This document shows positions 40,594-50,519 of a DNA stretch of 64,000 nt, piece after piece (position 1 is the stretch's first letter; every line of letters starts with the position of its first letter). The stretch spans positions 1,184,001 to 1,248,000 of the forward strand of contig CBDFLE010000005.1 of the NCBI GenBank assembly GCA_965248925.1, written 5' to 3'. Under the pieces are notes generated by a model. It ran no database searches, was not told the DNA's origin, and saw nothing but the letters and a program-made list of their open reading frames with translations. A program made the position numbers and the translations under genes. Source of the DNA: Candidatus Multivoradales bacterium. Lineage in GTDB: Bacteria > Acidobacteriota > Thermoanaerobaculia > Multivoradales > J023.

Positions 40594-42771
40594 TTGCGGC
40601 GGCGGACGGTAGCGGACCGTTCTGGCGACATCGTCAGTCAGGGCAAACGGGGGTGGGCAGTGGGCGATCCAGCAGTCAATTCAGGCGAGCGCGGACTGGA
40701 AACTCGGCAACGAGCTAGGGCTCTGCGGGCCATTCCATCAACCCTCCGATTGGTCCGCAGGGCGGCGCCGTTGCTGGCGGTGCTATTGGCTGCGGTGGTG
40801 AGCTGGCGTCTACTAGCGCATAGCCGAGAAGGTTGGGTGTGGCTTGGAGCCACCTTGGTCCTCGCCTTTGCCGTCAGCTGGCTGTGGTGGCTAGAGCGGC
40901 CCAAATCGCAGGCATTCAGCGACGGTACGGCAAGCCCGCGTGACCTTCCAGCCAAACTAGTACAGCGCCTCTTCGACGCCGCCAAAGCGGTCAATCAAGT
41001 GCTCGACCTCGACGAGGTTCTCGACACCATATTGACGGCTGCCCGTGAGTTTCTCGACGGTCGTGACGGCTCGGTGATGTTGGTCCACGGCAGCGACGAA
41101 CTGCGAGTAGTGTGCACCTCAGGCAGCAGTGGAGCTAGCGGCGCTCGGCTGAAGTTTGGCATCGGAATCGCCGGCCAGGTCGCTGCGAGCCGCCGGCCGC
41201 AGCTAATTGCCGGCACCCGTCAGCAACCCAACCGGCGATTGCCTCCGGCAGCGCCTCCGGCACCCGTCAGCGCCATGTCGGTGCCACTGATCCACCGCGG
41301 AACATTCCTTGGCGTGCTCAACCTCAACGCCCTTCCCTGGAAACGATACAGCCAGCAAGATCTACGCGCCCTGAGCATTTTCGGCGAGCAGGCGGCCGCT
41401 GCCATCTCCAACGCCCAGCTCTATGAAGCACAGCGGCTGTTAGCGTCGCAGAAGAGCTACCTGGCATTGCACGACTTCCTCACCAACCTACCCAACCGAA
41501 TGCTCTTTCTCGACCGTGCGGAACAAGCCCTCCGCCGCCGTCGTCCAACAGGCCGGCTAGTAGCGCTGCTATTCCTCGACCTCGACGATTTCAAGAGCAT
41601 CAACGACCAGCTTGGCCACACCGCTGGCGACGCCCTGCTGGTGGCGATCGCCCAGCGGCTGCGCGGCTTCGTGCGCTCAGGCGATACGCTGGCTCGTTTT
41701 GGCGGTGACGAGTTTGGCATTCTGATGGAAGGCGTGCGGTCGCAGAAGACTGCTCTACAAACCGCTCAGCGGCTCCTTCAATGCATCGAAGAACCCTTCG
41801 CGCTCGCCGAAGGGCGGGTTGCGCTGCGGGCTAGCATCGGCATCAGCGTCGAGACCCCTGAAGTATCGACCCCCACCACCTTGCTACGCCAAGCCGACGC
41901 CGCAAAATACGTAGCCAAAGAGCGCGGTGGCGGCACGGCCCTGGTCTTTGAAGACTCGGCCCACGAGGCCGTGCTGCGCCACCTCGACCTAGAAACCCGC
42001 CTCCGCGGCGCCTTCGATCGCGGCGAGCTGGTGGTGTACTTCCAACCCGTGGTGCGACTAGACAGCGGTGAACCAGTCATCATCGAAGCCCTATTGCGCT
42101 GGCGCCATCCCGATCTCGGCCTGTTGCCGGCGGCGAGCTTCGTTCCCTTGGCCGAGCAGGCAGGCATCTTGGCAGCGATCGACGCCTGGGTCCTACGTCA
42201 GACCTGCGACGCCCTCAACCAGCTCACCAGCGCCGGGTACTCCGCACTTGCATTTAGCGTCAACCTATCGCCCGAGCGACTGCGTCATCCGCTGATCGTG
42301 GCAGAGATCCGCGAGCTGCTCGCAGAAACCTCTATCCCGCCAGAGCGGTTGATGGTCGAGATTTCCGAGCGCGTCGCCCTCGACGACTTCGATCTCACCC
42401 TGCGCCATCTCAGCGCCCTCAAAGACCTCGGGATAAGAGTAGCGCTGGACGACTTCGGCAACGGTTTCTCCTCCCTCAAACTGCTGCAGCGGATGCCGGT
42501 CGATCTGGTCAAGATCGACCGCATATTCGTTGGTGGTTTGACCCAAGACTCCGGCGCCAGCGATCTGGTGGCCGCCGTCCTCCGCCTGCGCACCAGCCTC
42601 AGCCTGGAAGTGATCGCCGAAGGCGTCGAAACCGGCGCCCAAGTCGAACTGCTCACCCGGCTAGGTTGCGACCTCGGCCAGGGCCATCTATTCGCCCAAC
42701 CAATGTCCCTCAAACGGCTCAAAGACTGGCTGCGGCAGACTCCGACCACAGCCCTCGGAGAGGTGAGTTGA
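40594..42771 (+). CDS. Membrane GAF-GGDEF-EAL diguanylate cyclase/phosphodiesterase
   Basis: Two TM segments, GAF (GIAGQVA..SVPL..GVLNL), HDFLTNLPNR, RFGGDEF, EALLRW, DDFGNGFSS, KID, AEGVET, QG. Confidence 0.94.
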   Translation: MRRRTVADRSGDIVSQGKRGWAVGDPAVNSGERGLETRQRARALRAIPSTLRLVRRAAPLLAVLLAAVVSWRLLAHSREGWVWLGATLVLAFAVSWLWWLERPKSQAFSDGTASPRDLPAKLVQRLFDAAKAVNQVLDLDEVLDTILTAAREFLDGRDGSVMLVHGSDELRVVCTSGSSGASGARLKFGIGIAGQVAASRRPQLIAGTRQQPNRRLPPAAPPAPVSAMSVPLIHRGTFLGVLNLNALPWKRYSQQDLRALSIFGEQAAAAISNAQLYEAQRLLASQKSYLALHDFLTNLPNRMLFLDRAEQALRRRRPTGRLVALLFLDLDDFKSINDQLGHTAGDALLVAIAQRLRGFVRSGDTLARFGGDEFGILMEGVRSQKTALQTAQRLLQCIEEPFALAEGRVALRASIGISVETPEVSTPTTLLRQADAAKYVAKERGGGTALVFEDSAHEAVLRHLDLETRLRGAFDRGELVVYFQPVVRLDSGEPVIIEALLRWRHPDLGLLPAASFVPLAEQAGILAAIDAWVLRQTCDALNQLTSAGYSALAFSVNLSPERLRHPLIVAEIRELLAETSIPPERLMVEISERVALDDFDLTLRHLSALKDLGIRVALDDFGNGFSSLKLLQRMPVDLVKIDRIFVGGLTQDSGASDLVAAVLRLRTSLSLEVIAEGVETGAQVELLTRLGCDLGQGHLFAQPMSLKRLKDWLRQTPTTALGEVS

Positions 42772-42772
42772 G

Positions 42773-43311
42773 ATGGTCGGACTCCGGTCATCGGCCCGCG
42801 AGTACGAGCGTCGCCGCCACCGCCGGTACACCGTGCGAGCAGTCAGAGGTTCACTCAAAGAAGCATCCCGCAACGCCTTCACCGACCCGACCTAAGTGTG
42901 ACCGGTCTTGCCTTCGAATCCCACCAAGCGTTGCGGATCGGCAGCGCGCAGCAGCTACAGCTGTAAGGAAATGAGCAGCAGATCTCCCTCACCGTCGATC
43001 TACGCTAGTGCCAGCTGGTACGAACCGAGGCCGGCCGCCACGGCGACAACCTGCCCGTCTACCGGACCGGTGTAGACTTCCGCGCCGCCCTCACCCACCT
43101 GCGCATCGAGGCCGCTGTTGGCCTGCGGATTGGCGACCAGTTAGAGATCATCGCTGAAGACACCCGCCTCTACCTGAGCGCCGCTGCCACCGTCACCGCC
43201 CATCAGTCGTCCGCCGAGCAGCCTGGCCCCCAGCCCGACCTCCAGTTCATCGGCCCCGAGCACCAGGCATCCCGAGCCCTCAGACAGTTCATCCGCGGTG
43301 CCATCGAATGA
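42773..43311 (+). pseudogene. PilZ-domain (c-di-GMP receptor) pseudogene
   Basis: ATG 1 bp after the EAL gene stop; ERRRHRRY (RxxxR), frameshift near 42885, DLSVTG (DxSxxG), in-frame stops at 42964 and 43006, then VYRTGVDF and a second PilZ-like half. Confidence 0.7.
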
Positions 43312-43398
43312 GTCCAATCCAGCAAACTGAGCAGACATCCTCCGCCAGTTTTTCCCCAGGTCCGACCCAGAAAGTTCCCCACTGAGGCCAACAGGGGT

Positions 43399-43427
43399 TT
43401 TACTCCCCCCTGAGCCTGTAATACCAT
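43399..43427 (+). promoter_or_regulatory. Putative sigma70 promoter of tRNA-Gln
   Basis: TTTACT-17 bp-TACCAT followed by a GC-rich discriminator. Confidence 0.45.
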
Positions 43428-43454
43428 CTGCCCTCCGCCCCTCGCGGGCCCCAT

Positions 43455-43528
43455 TCCGGGATCGTCTAATGGTAGGACGCCAGCCTTTGGAGCTGGTTAT
43501 CGGGGTTCAAATCCCTGTCCCGGAACCA
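43455..43528 (+). tRNA. tRNA-Gln (anticodon UUG)
   Basis: Acceptor tccggga/tcccgga + A-CCA; D loop taatggta; anticodon arm ccagc-ctTTGga-gctgg; T loop ggttcaaatcc. Confidence 0.96.
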
Positions 43529-43730
43529 CCGCGCCCTACGCGGTCCTACGCCGCTCCACGCCAGACTACGCTAAGTGGTTGACATTGCAGGGTTTGTGCT
43601 CATACTTTGGGTGCATGGTCAACGCTGCATTACGCCCCAATACTCGTTCACTTGGTTGCTCCACGGTTGCTCGAACGCCCTGGGAACCCGATCGTGGGTG
43701 CTCCCTGAGGGCTTTATTGGGAGAGCAACC

Positions 43731-44099
43731 ATGAAGGCCCGGATCAACAAGCGGGCCGTCGACGAGGCCGTCTATCAGGGGCCTGGCGGGTGCTACCTCT
43801 GGGACACCGAGATACCGGCCTTCGGAGTACGGATCTACCCGAGCGGCGCCAAGTCGTTCGTCGTCTGCTATTGGAGCAAGGGTCGGCGGCGCTTCTTCAC
43901 CCTCGGTCGCTATGGACAGATGACCGTCCAGCAAGCTCGCGACGAAGCCCAGCAAGTCTTTGCACAGGTTCGGAAGGGCGAAGATCCTTCAACCAGTCGC
44001 CGAGCGGATCGCCACTTCGACGAGAAAAGTGGAGCTGACATGCCGTCGCGAATTCGGCCGAATAAGTCTCAGCTCGAGGGGAGCGGGAGTTATCGATAA
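43731..44099 (+). pseudogene. Truncated phage-type integrase (arm-type DNA-binding domain only)
   Basis: MKARINKRAVD..WDTEIPAFGVRIYPSGAKSF..TLGRYG.MTV.QAR..A....VRKGEDP; homology ends near 44015 with no catalytic domain. Confidence 0.85.
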
Positions 44100-44128
44100 C
44101 ACTGCTTGCTCCTCGGCGCCCTCCTCCA

Positions 44129-45070
44129 TCAGTGCACCGTGGCTGACCAGCGCATGGTGTCGCCAGATTCGAAGCCGTCCGAGAAGACCGGCCTGCGGTC
44201 GATGGCAATGCTGTTGATGCCCTGAATGCCGGTGATCACAGTGACCACACCACTACCGTCGAGGTTGGCGCGCTGGACCTCTTGGGCCACGTTCTCCGCC
44301 CAGTAGACATGACCGGTCGCAGGCACCACATCGAGGTCGATGAGAAAGACAAGGCCGGTGACCAGATCCTCGACCGCCGAGCCGTCGAGGTTGGCGCGCT
44401 GGATTCGACCGTCCTCGAAGGTCGCGTCTACCCAGTACATCTTGCCGCCGTCCAAATCCAGGTCGATGTCACCAAGGCAGCCGAGGCCGGTGATCACGTC
44501 TTCCACCGCCGAGCCGTCGAGGTTGGCGCGCCGGACGATGCCGTGGCAGAGGGTCCAGTAGATCTTGCCGGCCTCGAGATCGAGCGCGATGCCGTTGCGA
44601 TTACCCTGCTCAACGAGCAGCACGAGGTCCTCGACACTAGTGCCGTCGAGGTTGGCCCTCTTGATCGCGTGGGTGGTAGTTCCAGCAAAAGTCACCCAAT
44701 AGACTTTTCCTGCATCGAGGTCCAAGGCGACATCGACCAGATTGCCGGGCAGCCCGCCGACGACTAACTCCAAGTCGGAACCGTCCAGACCAGCGCGCGC
44801 CACGCGGTGACCGGTCGGCTCCGCCCAGTACATCTTGCCGCCTTCCGGATCCAGCTCAATACCGGCGGGCCACACCAAGCCGGTCACAAGCAGCTCGACA
44901 CCGGATCCGTCGAGATTCGCCCGCTGGATTGTTCGCTCAACCGACGACGTGAAGTAAATCTTCTCTTGACCGCTCGCCGCTGAGGCGACGCAGCCAATGG
45001 CAAGGACGAGCAGCCCGGCAAGGGCCTGCCCCCCCCGGACTGTCTGGAGCGTACTGCAAATCTTGTTCAT
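44129..45070 (-). CDS. Secreted LDL-receptor class B (YWTD-type) beta-propeller protein with C-terminal FSDGFESG motif
   Basis: Six repeats of K(M/I/V)YW..I.RANLDGS.VE.LV; signal peptide. Confidence 0.88.
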   Translation of the reverse strand: MNKICSTLQTVRGGQALAGLLVLAIGCVASAASGQEKIYFTSSVERTIQRANLDGSGVELLVTGLVWPAGIELDPEGGKMYWAEPTGHRVARAGLDGSDLELVVGGLPGNLVDVALDLDAGKVYWVTFAGTTTHAIKRANLDGTSVEDLVLLVEQGNRNGIALDLEAGKIYWTLCHGIVRRANLDGSAVEDVITGLGCLGDIDLDLDGGKMYWVDATFEDGRIQRANLDGSAVEDLVTGLVFLIDLDVVPATGHVYWAENVAQEVQRANLDGSGVVTVITGIQGINSIAIDRRPVFSDGFESGDTMRWSATVH

Positions 45071-45349
45071 GGTTGTCTCCGTCATGAAGAAACTTAACGC
45101 TAGTAGTCTCAAACACTTGATCCGCATCGAGTTTTCCTTCTTGAGCCGAGGTTTGGACAAAGCCGTCGTATCAGCCGAGGTTGGCTCCGTCACCTCTTAC
45201 TAGTCGATCGGGAGCGCCATTTCTTACAGAGGTTTTTCTCAAAGGAGCAGTTTCCCCTGGCACGGCGCCTCAGCGAAGCGTTGGGCTTCTCTTTCCAACA
45301 GGCAACTCCCATTTCATGGAACCACCACGCGATCTGTAGCCGCCAAGAG

Positions 45350-45742
45350 CGCCCTAGCCGGCCCTCTGAGGCCTCTCATCCGCCACCAGAACGAAGATCT
45401 CGGCTCCTCGGCAGGGCTGACCACCAGTCTGACGGGTTTGTCGATTGTGGAGTCGGTCGAGGATCAGGGCAGTTGAAGGGCCTGAGCTGCCCGGCGCTTG
45501 GCTGCTTCGCCGCGGCGGTCGTACCTGACCGTGGTCGAGACATCCGCATGGCCGGCGACCCGCTGCACCGTCGAGAGGTCGACGCCCTTGTTCAGCAGGT
45601 TGGTCAGCACTGTTCGGCGAGCATCGTGGGGCGAGAAGTCATCGACGCCCGCCTGCTTCTGTCGCCGCTGCACAATGTAGCGGATCGACTCCCCGCCCAG
45701 CCGCTTGATCCTGACGACACCCTTCTGATTGATCGGGCAAAA
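45350..45742. repeat. Diverged direct repeat of 46908-47297 (recombinase 3' end plus downstream flank)
   Basis: Base-level similarity, e.g. tgtcgattgtgg(a/g)gtcggtcgagg, gtacctgaccgt, gtcgagaggtcgacgcccttgt. Confidence 0.85.
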
Positions 45743-45745
45743 GGT
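45464..45745 (-). pseudogene. C-terminal fragment of a tyrosine recombinase (paralog of 47019-48009)
   Basis: FCPINQKG.., FSPHDARRT, VAGHADVSTTVRYDRR; 5' part missing. Confidence 0.85.
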
Positions 45746-45779
45746 CGGTTGTTGCTGGGGATCGAGTTAGACTCAGCTC

Positions 45780-46250
45780 GTGCCGAGCCACCCGACAACT
45801 GATGCAACCGAGGCTAGCGGAGCCGCCGGCCGGCCCGACCCAGGCTGGGCCTTGCTCTTTGCCGCCTGGCTGCTCGCCACCGTCGCCATGGCGGGCAGTC
45901 TCTTCTTCAGCTACGTCATGGGCTTCGCGCCGTGCGTGCTGTGCTGGTACCAGCGGATATTCCTCTTCCCGCTGGTGGTGATCCTGGCGGTCGGCCTCTT
46001 TCCCTACGATCGCGGTGTGGCCAGGTACGGTCTGTCGTTGGCGGTTGCCGGCTGGCTGGTCGCCGCCTACCACAACCTGGTCTACTTCGGCATCGTGCCG
46101 GAGAGTCTGTCGCCATGTATCCAGGGCGTGTCGTGCAAGGAGGAGTATGTGAAGCTGCTGGGATTCCTGTCGATCCCGCTACTGTCCCTCCTCGCCTTCA
46201 CGTCGATCCTCGGCCTTCTGCTGCTGTTGCAAAGGAGATCCCCCGGATGA
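45780..46250 (+). CDS. Disulfide bond formation protein DsbB/BdbC family
   Basis: GSLFFS..PCVLCWYQR; second Cys pair PC...SC; 4 TM segments. Confidence 0.92.
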   Translation: MPSHPTTDATEASGAAGRPDPGWALLFAAWLLATVAMAGSLFFSYVMGFAPCVLCWYQRIFLFPLVVILAVGLFPYDRGVARYGLSLAVAGWLVAAYHNLVYFGIVPESLSPCIQGVSCKEEYVKLLGFLSIPLLSLLAFTSILGLLLLLQRRSPG

Positions 46251-46897
46251 AGCGCTCTTTCTTCGCCGTCGCCTGCCTGGTCTTGGTGGGCGGTTTCCTC
46301 TTGGCCGCCCAGCAGTTTCGCCAGCAACGCAGCGAGGCGCTCGGATTTCTATCCCAGGAGCGAGCCGAGACCTTCGTGCGGCCGCATTCGCCACGATACG
46401 GACCAGAGGACGCCAAGGTCTATCTGGTGGAGTTCACCGATCCGGCGTGCGAGACCTGCGCGGCCTTCGGACCGATCCTCAAGCAGCTCATGGCGGACCA
46501 CTCCAACAAGATCCAGTTGGTGATTCGCTACGCGCCGTTTCACGAAGGCGCGACCGACGTGGTGCGCCTGCTGGAAGCGGCCCGCTTGCAGGGCCGGTAC
46601 TGGGAGACGCTCGCCCTGGTCTACCGCAGCCAGTCGGCCTGGACGGAGCACCACCGAGTTCAGGCCGGCAACCTATGGCTGGTCCTGGCGCAGCAGGGCG
46701 ATCTCGACATGGAGCTCCTGCGCAAGGACTTTGAAGACCCGGTGATCCTCGACCTCATCGAGCAGGACCGGACGGACGCGGAGACGCTGGGGGTGCGCAG
46801 GACACCCGGCATCTTCGTCAACGGGCGGCCACTGGAGCCCTTCGGCGTCGAGCGGCTTCGACAGCTGATCGAGGAAGAAGTGGCGGCAGCCTATTGA
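46247..46897 (+). CDS. DsbA/BdbD-family thiol-disulfide oxidoreductase
   Basis: ATGA overlap with dsbB; EFTDPACETC, RYAPFH, GV..TP.IFVNG. Confidence 0.92.
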   Translation: MKRSFFAVACLVLVGGFLLAAQQFRQQRSEALGFLSQERAETFVRPHSPRYGPEDAKVYLVEFTDPACETCAAFGPILKQLMADHSNKIQLVIRYAPFHEGATDVVRLLEAARLQGRYWETLALVYRSQSAWTEHHRVQAGNLWLVLAQQGDLDMELLRKDFEDPVILDLIEQDRTDAETLGVRRTPGIFVNGRPLEPFGVERLRQLIEEEVAAAY

Positions 46898-47018
46898 TCG
46901 GTGGTCACGCCCTGGCCCGAGAGAGGCTCTCACCGGCCCCCAGAGCGAGGATCTCGGTCCCCCGGCAAGGGGTGCCCACCGGTCCGGCGGAGCTGTCGAT
47001 TGTGGGGTCGGTCGAGGG

Positions 47019-48009
47019 TCAGGGGATTTGAAGGGCCTGAGCCGCCCGGCGCTTCGCGGCTTCGCCTCGGCGGTCGTACCTGACCGTCGTCGAGACATCG
47101 GCATGGCCAGCGACCCGCTGCACTGTCGAGAGGTCGACGCCCTTGTCCAGCAAGTTCGTGAGCACTGTCCGGCGTGCATCGTGAGGACTGAACTCCGTGA
47201 CCCCAGCCTGCTTCTGCCGCCGCTGCACGATGTATCGGATTGACTCGCCGCCGAGCCGCTTCGCCCGGGTGACACCCTTTTGGTTGATCGGGCAGAACAC
47301 CGGCCCCGGCTCTGCGCCGCGAACCAACAGCCACTCCCGGAGCAGCTCGCAGGCCCGATCGGTGAGGTACACGACTCGTTGGGTCCGCCGCTTGCCGTTC
47401 CGGATCGTCATCGAGCAATCCACAGGATCGAAGTCGCCGATGTCGAGCCCCGCCAGTTCGGCCCGCCGCATGCCGGTCGTGAAGAACACCGCCAGCATCG
47501 CAGCGTCGCGCCGCCCTGCCGGCGACAGATCCTCAGCACAGCACTGGAACAGCGCCACGAGCTCGCCGTCCTCGAGCGCCCGGCCTCGCGGTAGCGCCTG
47601 GCCTCGGACGTTGTCAATATCGACGGCCCGCTGGTATGTCTCGGCGTCCATGAAGCCCAGGCGCCAGGTTGTCTTCATCACGCCTCTGAAACCGGCCAGT
47701 ATCCGGTTGACGGTCCTCGGCGCGTAGCGCTCGACCAAGTAAGGTCCGGACGGCCGCTGCATCGCGGAAACGCACCTCCCACCACGGAAATGTCTCCGCG
47801 GTCCTCTCACCGTCGCTCAGGTACGAGGCGATCGTCTCCAGGGCGTTGATCATGCCCCAGTGCGAGCCGTAAGCCAGGCCGGAGAGGTAGACCTTGGCCG
47901 GATTCTCGCGCGGATCTTTGGCTCTGCTGGCGATCGAGGAGGCCGCGGAATCGGCTGCCGGCGCCGTGGTCTCGGGTCGCGTCGCTTCGACGTGCTGTGT
48001 GCTCTGCAT
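47019..48009 (-). CDS. Tyrosine recombinase/resolvase (XerC/D-like), +1 frameshift at ~47738
   Basis: N-terminal NPAKVYL..FPW..TVN..L..FRGV; catalytic TGMRRAE, GKRR, HDARRT, AGH..Y. Confidence 0.88.
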
Positions 48010-48305
48010 GGCCCAAGTAGTAAGGCCGACAGCTGGTCTTGGTCAACCAGGACTGCGCGGAGAATCGCAGGGAATCTCGCCGAGAACTTCGCCCTTGGGA
48101 TAGTCGGGATTGGAAGTGCAGAGGATGGGACCGTGGGTTCTGTAGACCGGCCTTAGAGGCCCCAGAACGGCCCTCTAAGACCAGATCTCGGCCCCTGGGC
48201 AGCACCACTACCCGGCTCAGGCTGATCTGACCATGGGGAGGAGGTTGACCAAGAATGGCCAGCAAACAGATTCGGTTTCTTCGCGGCTTCTAGTAACATC
48301 TCAGG

Positions 48306-49187
48306 ATGCGTCCTGGAAAGCAGTTAGAGGAGGTCATTGCGAACCTGGAGAGAGTGCTGACCGCGGAATCCGGAGCCGCAATCGAATCTCCTGGTTACCT
48401 AGAAGATAGGACTACCGGACAGCGAAGGGAGTTCGATGTCCTCGTTCGGAGAAGCCTCGGGCACAACGAGATGATTGTGGCTATCGAATGTCGAGATCGG
48501 TCGCGCAAGATCGGCTCGCCACAAGTTGAGGCGTTCTTGACAAAATGCAGAGATGCCGGAGTCCACCAAGGAGTGATTGTCTCCACTAGCGGCTTCTATA
48601 AGCCCGCGAGGGACAAAGCGACTGCCAAGGGAATCAGATGCCTAGAACTCACCGAAGTGACGAGATTCGATTGGTTCTCTGCAGTCGGGATGCAGACCCG
48701 GCGAAGAAAGCCAACTGCCATTACAGCAACGCTAGAGGCGGTTGGTCTGGACTTGTCTGACCTTGCTGCCGGCTACGCCCTAGAAGATGCATCTGGGCAA
48801 GCTGTCCATATGCAGAGTTTACAGGAAAGGGTTCAAGCCGCTGCTATTGACGGACTACGAAGAACGCCTTGGACATGCGCCCCAGGAGAGACTCCACAGC
48901 CAGCTGAGATTGAACTTCAAGCTCACGGGTTGTCAATAATCCGAGAATCTACTGGCGAACGAACTCCAGTATCAAAGATCACATGCACTATTGAGTTTGA
49001 AGTCTCGAATACGCCACTTCCGACGAAGCTGGTTCGGTATAGGGACATCACCAACAACGAAAAGGCTGCCGAGGGTGTAGTCACAGATTTAGAAAAAGCC
49101 GGGTTCAAGGGAACTGCAATCCTTTTGAAGGACCTAGCAAGCGGCGACGGACCTATTCTCTTCCTGAAGCGCCGAGAGGTCGAGTAG
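48306..49187 (+). CDS. Mrr-cat-type PD-(D/E)xK restriction endonuclease domain protein
   Basis: LEE.IA, REFDVL, AIECRD..RKI...VEAF, GVIVSTSGF..PA; lower GC than flanks. Confidence 0.85.
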   Translation: MRPGKQLEEVIANLERVLTAESGAAIESPGYLEDRTTGQRREFDVLVRRSLGHNEMIVAIECRDRSRKIGSPQVEAFLTKCRDAGVHQGVIVSTSGFYKPARDKATAKGIRCLELTEVTRFDWFSAVGMQTRRRKPTAITATLEAVGLDLSDLAAGYALEDASGQAVHMQSLQERVQAAAIDGLRRTPWTCAPGETPQPAEIELQAHGLSIIRESTGERTPVSKITCTIEFEVSNTPLPTKLVRYRDITNNEKAAEGVVTDLEKAGFKGTAILLKDLASGDGPILFLKRREVE

Positions 49188-49281
49188 TCGAACCGGCAAC
49201 GACCGGGCTGTACTTCACGGGCCTACGCAAAGAACGACGGGCACGTCACCCGCCGCGAGAAAGTATCACCGTCGAGAGGGG

Positions 49282-49695
49282 TCAGGCCGCAGCGCGGCTC
49301 TTGCGCTTCTTCGCCGGCTTCGGCTCCTCCGCCTCGACCAGCGCCGGCAGCGTGAACCCGATCAAGCCTTCGCCGAAGACCTCGACCTCGAACCGCGTGG
49401 ACTTCTCCGCCGACAGACCGAAGTGCTTGAACGTCCGGCGGCCGTCGACCAGGTAGCTCGCGCTCCCCTGCTGCTCTCGGAGCAGGTAGCGGCCCTTGGC
49501 TCCCTCGGCGCCGGCACGGATTGCCACGGCTCGGGTGTCGACGTCGAAGCCAAGCTGGACGTGGCTCACGCCCTCGCCCAGCAGCTCGACGGCAGCTTTG
49601 GTCAGCACCATCTGGCCGCTGCGGCGGACGGTGATCTCGGGGCCACGGTGCTCGCTGGCGGTGCCTTCGAAGAACTGGAAGTTGGTTGCGGCCAT
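49282..49695 (-). CDS. Hypothetical protein, possible AbrB-like nucleic-acid-binding protein with basic tail
   Basis: AAGGAG RBS; ITVRRSGQMVLTKAAVELLG; C-terminal KPAKKRKSR. Confidence 0.6.
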   Translation of the reverse strand: MAATNFQFFEGTASEHRGPEITVRRSGQMVLTKAAVELLGEGVSHVQLGFDVDTRAVAIRAGAEGAKGRYLLREQQGSASYLVDGRRTFKHFGLSAEKSTRFEVEVFGEGLIGFTLPALVEAEEPKPAKKRKSRAAA

Positions 49696-49844
49696 GGTCT
49701 TTCTCCTTTGGTGGGTCATCATCTTGGCCGGCGGCGCCCGATGCGCTTTCGACCTATGCCCCTAGGAGTACAAGTGGCCGCGACGGTGGGTCAACCAGGA
49801 GGGCGCGGTTCTTCGACAACACTGCGAAGCACTGCGCTCGCCGC

Positions 49845-50519
49845 CTACCAAGCTCCCCGCCGCTGCAAGCTCACCCAACGCCCTGCGCCGCCGAGGAAAA
49901 GGTGGTCGACAAGATTCACCCCCACGAACTTGCAGGCCTTGGCCATCTGACCAGTGAAGAGCAGGTCATCGCTCGACGGAGTTGGATCGCCGCTGGGGTG
50001 GGAGTGCCATAAAACAATCCCCGACGCCGACTTCTGCAACGCTGCTCTCAGGATAGGGCGAGGCTCCGCGGCCGCCCTTCGAAGGGTTACAGCGAAGATC
50101 TCCAAATCAGCGATGAGCCGGTGGCGAACATCGAGCAGCAGAGCGCCCATCACCTCTTGATCCGGCCTCAGATACCGGAGGGCCAGGTACTCGGCGACTA
50201 CCTGCGGCTGATCAAGCAACCTACGCTTCTCGGCTCTGAACCGAGCCATGCGGCAGCCAATCTCAAAGGCGGCAGCAAGGGTCGCTGACTTGGCGGGGCC
50301 GACGCCGGGTTGGCTCTTGAGCTGGCCGTTGGCGCTCAGCAGCGATCTTAGGTCGCCATAGTCCTTGAGAAGCGCCTGTGCGACTTCCAGGGCAGACTTG
50401 CCGGCGCCGCCGGTCCGCAGCAGAACGGCGACAAGCTCGGCGTTGGACAACGACTTCGGCCCATGTCGTAAGATACGGCCACGCGGATCCTCATCTCTCG
50501 GCGTCTGTGGCGCGCTCAT
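49845..50519 (-). CDS. radC: RadC family JAB-domain protein
   Basis: PR..I...G...LSNAELVAVLLRTG, GVGPAK, HSHPSGDPTPS.DD, LVDH. Confidence 0.93.
   Translation of the reverse strand: MSAPQTPRDEDPRGRILRHGPKSLSNAELVAVLLRTGGAGKSALEVAQALLKDYGDLRSLLSANGQLKSQPGVGPAKSATLAAAFEIGCRMARFRAEKRRLLDQPQVVAEYLALRYLRPDQEVMGALLLDVRHRLIADLEIFAVTLRRAAAEPRPILRAALQKSASGIVLWHSHPSGDPTPSSDDLLFTGQMAKACKFVGVNLVDHLFLGGAGRWVSLQRRGAW

Noticed and set aside
43575-43730. N-terminal extension of the integrase remnant ORF
   Set aside because: Homology and the RBS (GGAG) point to the ATG at 43731.
45932-46246. N-terminal extension of the DsbA ORF
   Set aside because: Overlaps dsbB out of frame; the true start is the ATGA at 46247 with an AGGAG RBS.
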